A DNA stretch of 63,319 bases, taken from contig JBKKBI010000093.1 of assembly GCA_046714175.1 (NCBI GenBank), forward strand, positions 1 through 63,319. Reading direction: 5' to 3'. Made by a program: the position numbers and the translations under genes. Below are positions 58,954 to 63,319 of this stretch, in pieces. Each line of letters opens with the position of its first letter. The stretch's first letter is position 1. Source of the stretch: Acidimicrobiia bacterium (GTDB lineage: Bacteria; Actinomycetota; Acidimicrobiia; Spongiisociales; UBA11373). The notes beneath the pieces were generated by a model. The model had not been told where the DNA came from, ran no database searches, and saw only the letters and a program-made list of their open reading frames with translations.

Positions 58954-59930
58954 CACTCCTCCAGGGTGCGCCGGGCGGCGGCGACAATGCGGTCGACTCC
59001 GGGAATGTGGTCGCGTTCGGTGCGCTTCAGCGGCACCACGGTGTCCCATCCGGTGACCCGTTGCACCGGGGCGTGCAACGAATAGAGCGCGGCCTCCTGC
59101 ACCAGGGCGGCGACTTCGGAGGCGATCCCGGCGGTGCGATGGCCCTCGCTGATCGCCACCACCCGTCCGGTCTTCTCTGCAGATGCCACCACGGTGGCGG
59201 CATCGAGCGGGGCCAGAGTGCGCAGGTCGACCACCTCGGCGGAGACATCGTCGGCAGCGAGGGCGTCGGCGGCGCGCAAAGCGTCGCGCAGCATCGCCCC
59301 GTAGGCGACCAGGGTGACGTCGGAACCCTCCCGCACAACGGCGGCAACCCCGATGGGGAGGGTGTAGTGGCCTTCGGGTACCTCTTCCTTGATCGCCCGG
59401 TACACCCGGATCGGCTCGAGGAACACCACCGGGTCGGGGTCGGCGATGGCGGCGAGCAGCAAACCCTTGGCCGCAGCCGGGGTGCCGGGAGCGACCACCT
59501 TGATCCCCGGGGTGTGGACATACATTGCCTCACTGGATTCGCTGTGATGCTCGGCGGCGCCGATACCGCCGCCATAAGGGATGCGGATCACCATCGGGGC
59601 GGTAAAGCGATGGTTGCTCCGATTGCGGATCCGGCCGACATGACTGACGATCTGGTCGTAGCCCGGGTAGGAGAAGCCGAGAAACTGCAGTTCCGCCACC
59701 GGGTGCAGTCCCGCCACCGCCATCCCGAACGCAGCCCCGACGATCCCCGACTCCGCCACCGGAGTGTCGATCACCCGCTCGGGTCCGAAGCGCTCCAGCA
59801 ATCCGTCGCTCACCCGGAATACCCCGCCCGCCCGGCCGATGTCCTCACCGAGCAGCACCACCCGATCATCCTCCACCAGGGCGACTGCGAGGGCGTCGTT
59901 GAGGGCCTGGGCCAGGTTCATCTCGCTCAT
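58953..59930 (-). CDS. pdhB: 2-oxoacid dehydrogenase E1 beta
   Basis: GEDIG..GGVFR, DTPVAE, EHHSES. Confidence 0.92.
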   Translation of the reverse strand: MSEMNLAQALNDALAVALVEDDRVVLLGEDIGRAGGVFRVSDGLLERFGPERVIDTPVAESGIVGAAFGMAVAGLHPVAELQFLGFSYPGYDQIVSHVGRIRNRSNHRFTAPMVIRIPYGGGIGAAEHHSESSEAMYVHTPGIKVVAPGTPAAAKGLLLAAIADPDPVVFLEPIRVYRAIKEEVPEGHYTLPIGVAAVVREGSDVTLVAYGAMLRDALRAADALAADDVSAEVVDLRTLAPLDAATVVASAEKTGRVVAISEGHRTAGIASEVAALVQEAALYSLHAPVQRVTGWDTVVPLKRTERDHIPGVDRIVAAARRTLEE

Positions 59931-60967
59931 GACCCCTCCCCCTCTCCCAACAGGAGGTCGCGTTGCGCCTCCAGTGCCGGAGTGGGCCGAGCGAACGCCC
60001 GGTCGAACGCCGCACCCGGTCCGAACGGCTGCAGTGCCTCGGCCCGGGATACTGCGACCTCGATCTCGGCGGAGGCGGCGGCGGTCTGCTCCCCCTCCCA
60101 CGACTCCGACCACTCCCCGATCGACTGCAGGTGGCGCCGCACCCGGTCGAGCGGGTCGCGGTGCCGCCACTCCTCGACCACCGCCTCGTCGCGATACCGT
60201 CCGGCGTCGTCTGCAGTGGTGTGCGGGCCGATGCGATGGGTGACGGCTTCGATCAGGGTCGGCCCGTTTCCCGCTCGGGCCCGGGCCACCGCCTCGCGGG
60301 TGACTGCGTACATCGCCAGGAGATCGTTGCCGTCGGCGAGCACCCCCGGCATCCCGTACGCGTCCGCCTTCTGGGCGATGGTGGCCGAGGCGGTCTGTCG
60401 GTCGCGACTCATCGAGATCGCCCATCCATTGTTCTGACACAGAAAGACGGTCGGGGTGCGATACACCCCGGCGAAGTTCATCGCCTCGTGGAAGTCGCCC
60501 TCGGAGGTGGCCCCGTCACCGAAGTAGGTGATGGCGATACGGTCGGAGCCCCGCAGCCGTTCCGCCCACCCCAGGCCGACGGCGTGGATCATGTGCGCCC
60601 CCACGGTGATCGAGGGGGGCAGCACGTTCACCCCCGCCGGCGGCGCCCCGCCCCGCTCGTCACCCATGCGGCCCAGAAAGAGGCAGTCCCAGGTGTATCC
60701 CTGCATCCACATGGCAGCGGCGTCGCGATAGGTGGCCACCATCCAGTCGTCGGGGCGTAACGCCGCGGCGCTCCCCACCTGTGCCGCCTCCTGGCCCTCG
60801 AACTGTGCGTAGGTGGCGAGACGCCCCTGCCGCTGCAACGCCGATGCCTTGTGGTCGTAGGCCCGCGCGGCGAGCATGGCGGCGAGCAAGCGCTTGATCT
60901 CGACCGGCGGCAGCGGCGCCTCGCCGAGCAGACGGCCGTCGACATCGAGCAGGCGAAGGGGATCCAT
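59927..60967 (-). CDS. pdhA: 2-oxoacid dehydrogenase E1 alpha
   Basis: GQEAAQVG, FGDGATSEGD...QNN, HTTADD. Confidence 0.92.
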   Translation of the reverse strand: MDPLRLLDVDGRLLGEAPLPPVEIKRLLAAMLAARAYDHKASALQRQGRLATYAQFEGQEAAQVGSAAALRPDDWMVATYRDAAAMWMQGYTWDCLFLGRMGDERGGAPPAGVNVLPPSITVGAHMIHAVGLGWAERLRGSDRIAITYFGDGATSEGDFHEAMNFAGVYRTPTVFLCQNNGWAISMSRDRQTASATIAQKADAYGMPGVLADGNDLLAMYAVTREAVARARAGNGPTLIEAVTHRIGPHTTADDAGRYRDEAVVEEWRHRDPLDRVRRHLQSIGEWSESWEGEQTAAASAEIEVAVSRAEALQPFGPGAAFDRAFARPTPALEAQRDLLLGEGEGS

Positions 60968-61016
60968 GACGCGGTGACTCTAAAGGGTTGCCCGAGGGGC
61001 GAGGGGGTCGCCGAAC

Positions 61017-63272
61017 TCAGACGTCCACCGACTCGCCCAGCATCTCGTCGAGTTCTTCGGGGGTGAGCAGCACCTCTCGGGCCTTGGAGCCTTCAGAGGG
61101 ACCGACGATCCCGCGGCGCTCCAGGATGTCCATGACCCTCCCGGCGCGGGCGAAGCCGATGCGGAGCTTGCGCTGCAGCATCGAGGTAGAACCGAGCTGC
61201 GAGCGGACCACAAGATCGATCGCCTGGCGAATGATGTCGGCGTCGACGCCATCGCCATCGGCCGCGTCCCGCGGCGTCGCCTCGCTGGGTTCGAACACCG
61301 TCTCCTCGTAGTGAACCAGGCGCTGCTGCCGAACGAACTCGACCACGCTGCGCACCTCGTCTTCCGCCACCCAGGCGCCCTGGATGCGCTCCGGCTTGGG
61401 ATCGCGGGCGGTGACCACGATCATGTCGCCGAGTCCGATGAGTTTTTCCGCCCCGGAGAGGTCGAGGATCACCCGACTGTCGGCCTGCGAGGCCACGGAG
61501 AAGGCCAGACGGGAAGGGATGTTGGCCTTGATCACGCCGGTGATCACGTCCACCGACGGACGCTGGGTGGCGATGACCAAATGGATGCCCACGGCACGCG
61601 CCATCTGCGCGATCCGCACGATCGCCTCCTCCACGGCCCGCCCCGCCACCATCATGAGATCGTTCAGCTCGTCGACCACGACCACGATGTAGGGGAAGCG
61701 GATGAACCGTGCGCCCTCGAGCATTCCGCGGTCGAACTTCTCGTGATACCCGGCAATATCGCGTACCGACGACTCGGCGAGCAGGTCATAGCGCAAGTCC
61801 ATCTCCCGCACCGCCCACTGCAGGGCATCGACGGCCTTCTTCGGGTTGGTGATCACTCGGGTGAGCAGGTGGGGAACCTCGTTGTACTGCCCCATCTCCA
61901 CCCGCTTCGGATCCACAAGGATCATCCTCACCTCTTCGGGCGTGGTGCGCATGAGGAGCGAGGTCACGATGGCATTGATGCACGACGACTTGCCGGCTCC
62001 GGTGGCCCCGGCGATCAGCACATGGGGCAACTCGCTCAGGTTGAGCATGTGGGGTCGTCCGGAGACGTCCATGCCCAATGCCACCGACAGCGGATGAGTT
62101 GCCTCCTTGGCCTCGATACTGCGCAGGATGTCCCCCAGGGTGACCAGTTGCCGGCGCCGGTTGGGCACTTCGACACCGATGGCGCTCTTGCCCGGGATCG
62201 GGGCCAGGATGCGCACGTCGGGGGTGGCCAGGGCGTATGCGATGTCGTGCGCCAGGCTGGTGATGCGCGCCACCTTCACCCCGGGGGCCAGCTCGATCTC
62301 GAACCGAGTCACGGTGGGACCGGGGACGATGCGGGTGAGGCGAGCATCGACTCCGTGTTGACGCAACGCCTCCTCGAGCTCGCGAGCGGTGTCATCGAGC
62401 AGCTTCTTGCTGTGCGCCACACCGCCACCGAGGGCGAGCAGTTCCAGGGGAGGCAGGGTGTACCCGGGCTTCGGGGCGGGTCGCTTCGCCGCCACCGGCT
62501 GTGGTGGAGACATGGTGGGCACGCTCGGGGCAACGCGGGTAACGGGAACCGGGACCGGCACCGGATCCGGGTTGACCACGACCAAGCGGGGCCGGGCAGG
62601 AACCGAGGAGCGCACCTCCACCACCGGCCGGCGATGGCGACGCGAGCGCAGCCGCTCCCAGCCGGCGGTGAGGTAGGCCTGCATCGCCCGCAGCGCCTCG
62701 CGCACCGTGGTACGGGTCATGACGAGAACTCCGAACGCGGTGAACGCCAGCAATACCACGAATGCCCCCCAGAACCCGATGAGGCGACGCAGCGGGAAGG
62801 CGAGGATCGAGCCCACCGCACCGCCGCGGTCGCGCACCAGATCCAGCGACTCGGCCAGAGACACGGTCCCGGTCATCAGATGGAATAGCGCCAGCGAAGA
62901 GGCAAAAGTGACCCCGAAGCCGAGGACGACGCGGCGGTAGTCGTCACGCTGGCGGGTGAGCAGGAGCAGCAGCCCGAGCCCGAGCAGGGCGGGGGCGACC
63001 GCATAGCCCCAAATGCCGAAGGCGAGCCGGAATCCACCCACGATGCCCCGACCCACTGGTCCGGCCAGCCCGACGAAAGAGAGCCCGACCAGGATCGCGG
63101 CCACGACGAGAATCGCCCCCCACAGGTCGTCTGTGTGGCGGCCGAAACCGTTACGGATCCGCTCCCGAATGGTCGCCAGCAACGACCGCTTCGGCTGCGA
63201 GGCCGACGTATTGGTGCTTCGGGATGTCCCGCCCCGCCCGTTGCCCCGGCGGGCGGACTTCCGCGATGGCAT
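61017..63272 (-). CDS. ftsK: DNA translocase FtsK
   Basis: 4TM N-terminus, AGATGAGKS, VVDELNDLM, ATQRPS, gamma domain LQRKLRIGFARAGR. Confidence 0.97.
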   Translation of the reverse strand: MPSRKSARRGNGRGGTSRSTNTSASQPKRSLLATIRERIRNGFGRHTDDLWGAILVVAAILVGLSFVGLAGPVGRGIVGGFRLAFGIWGYAVAPALLGLGLLLLLTRQRDDYRRVVLGFGVTFASSLALFHLMTGTVSLAESLDLVRDRGGAVGSILAFPLRRLIGFWGAFVVLLAFTAFGVLVMTRTTVREALRAMQAYLTAGWERLRSRRHRRPVVEVRSSVPARPRLVVVNPDPVPVPVPVTRVAPSVPTMSPPQPVAAKRPAPKPGYTLPPLELLALGGGVAHSKKLLDDTARELEEALRQHGVDARLTRIVPGPTVTRFEIELAPGVKVARITSLAHDIAYALATPDVRILAPIPGKSAIGVEVPNRRRQLVTLGDILRSIEAKEATHPLSVALGMDVSGRPHMLNLSELPHVLIAGATGAGKSSCINAIVTSLLMRTTPEEVRMILVDPKRVEMGQYNEVPHLLTRVITNPKKAVDALQWAVREMDLRYDLLAESSVRDIAGYHEKFDRGMLEGARFIRFPYIVVVVDELNDLMMVAGRAVEEAIVRIAQMARAVGIHLVIATQRPSVDVITGVIKANIPSRLAFSVASQADSRVILDLSGAEKLIGLGDMIVVTARDPKPERIQGAWVAEDEVRSVVEFVRQQRLVHYEETVFEPSEATPRDAADGDGVDADIIRQAIDLVVRSQLGSTSMLQRKLRIGFARAGRVMDILERRGIVGPSEGSKAREVLLTPEELDEMLGESVDV

Positions 63273-63319
63273 GTGGCAAGGAGATTACACCGGTGTCGTC
63301 CCTGCGTAAATGACCCGGG

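Overview
High-GC actinobacterial chromosomal window, probably Acidimicrobiia-like (inferred from gene content and synteny). It is mostly core genes: yajC-tgt-queA-ruvBAC-yebC-pdxTS-pimA-patA-pgsA, EF-G2, gltA, thrS, tRNAs Val/Val/Cys/Gly, dut, nrdR-LysM-lexA, dapF-miaA-miaB-rny-recA-thpR-cinA-rimO, hisN, pdh/bkd E1a-E1b-E2 and ftsK. Two accessory blocks stand out. (1) A redox/membrane block at about 26.7-38.2 kb between tRNA-Val genes carries a CDGSH-ferredoxin-CDGSH-USP-USP-Rieske fusion, three DUF2269-like proteins (one fused to cytochrome c) and a Trx-NHL lipoprotein. (2) A 2.8 kb decayed large-serine-recombinase (LSR) element lies at 54681-57500. Its attL and attR can be reconstructed from the sequence, and attP lies inside the integrase 3' end, so excision would swap in a C-terminus ending ...IRVAA. 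Inside the element, two more homologous integrase-tail remnants and an intact att-like site flank an intact adenylate-cyclase cargo gene, suggesting a serine-integrase cassette array. Also seen: LexA boxes and RecA-NDp/PafBC-like promoters, two probable CTG start codons, microproteins, heptameric intergenic repeats and a duplicated tRNA-Val 3' end. All calls come from manual reading and motif recognition; no searches were run.
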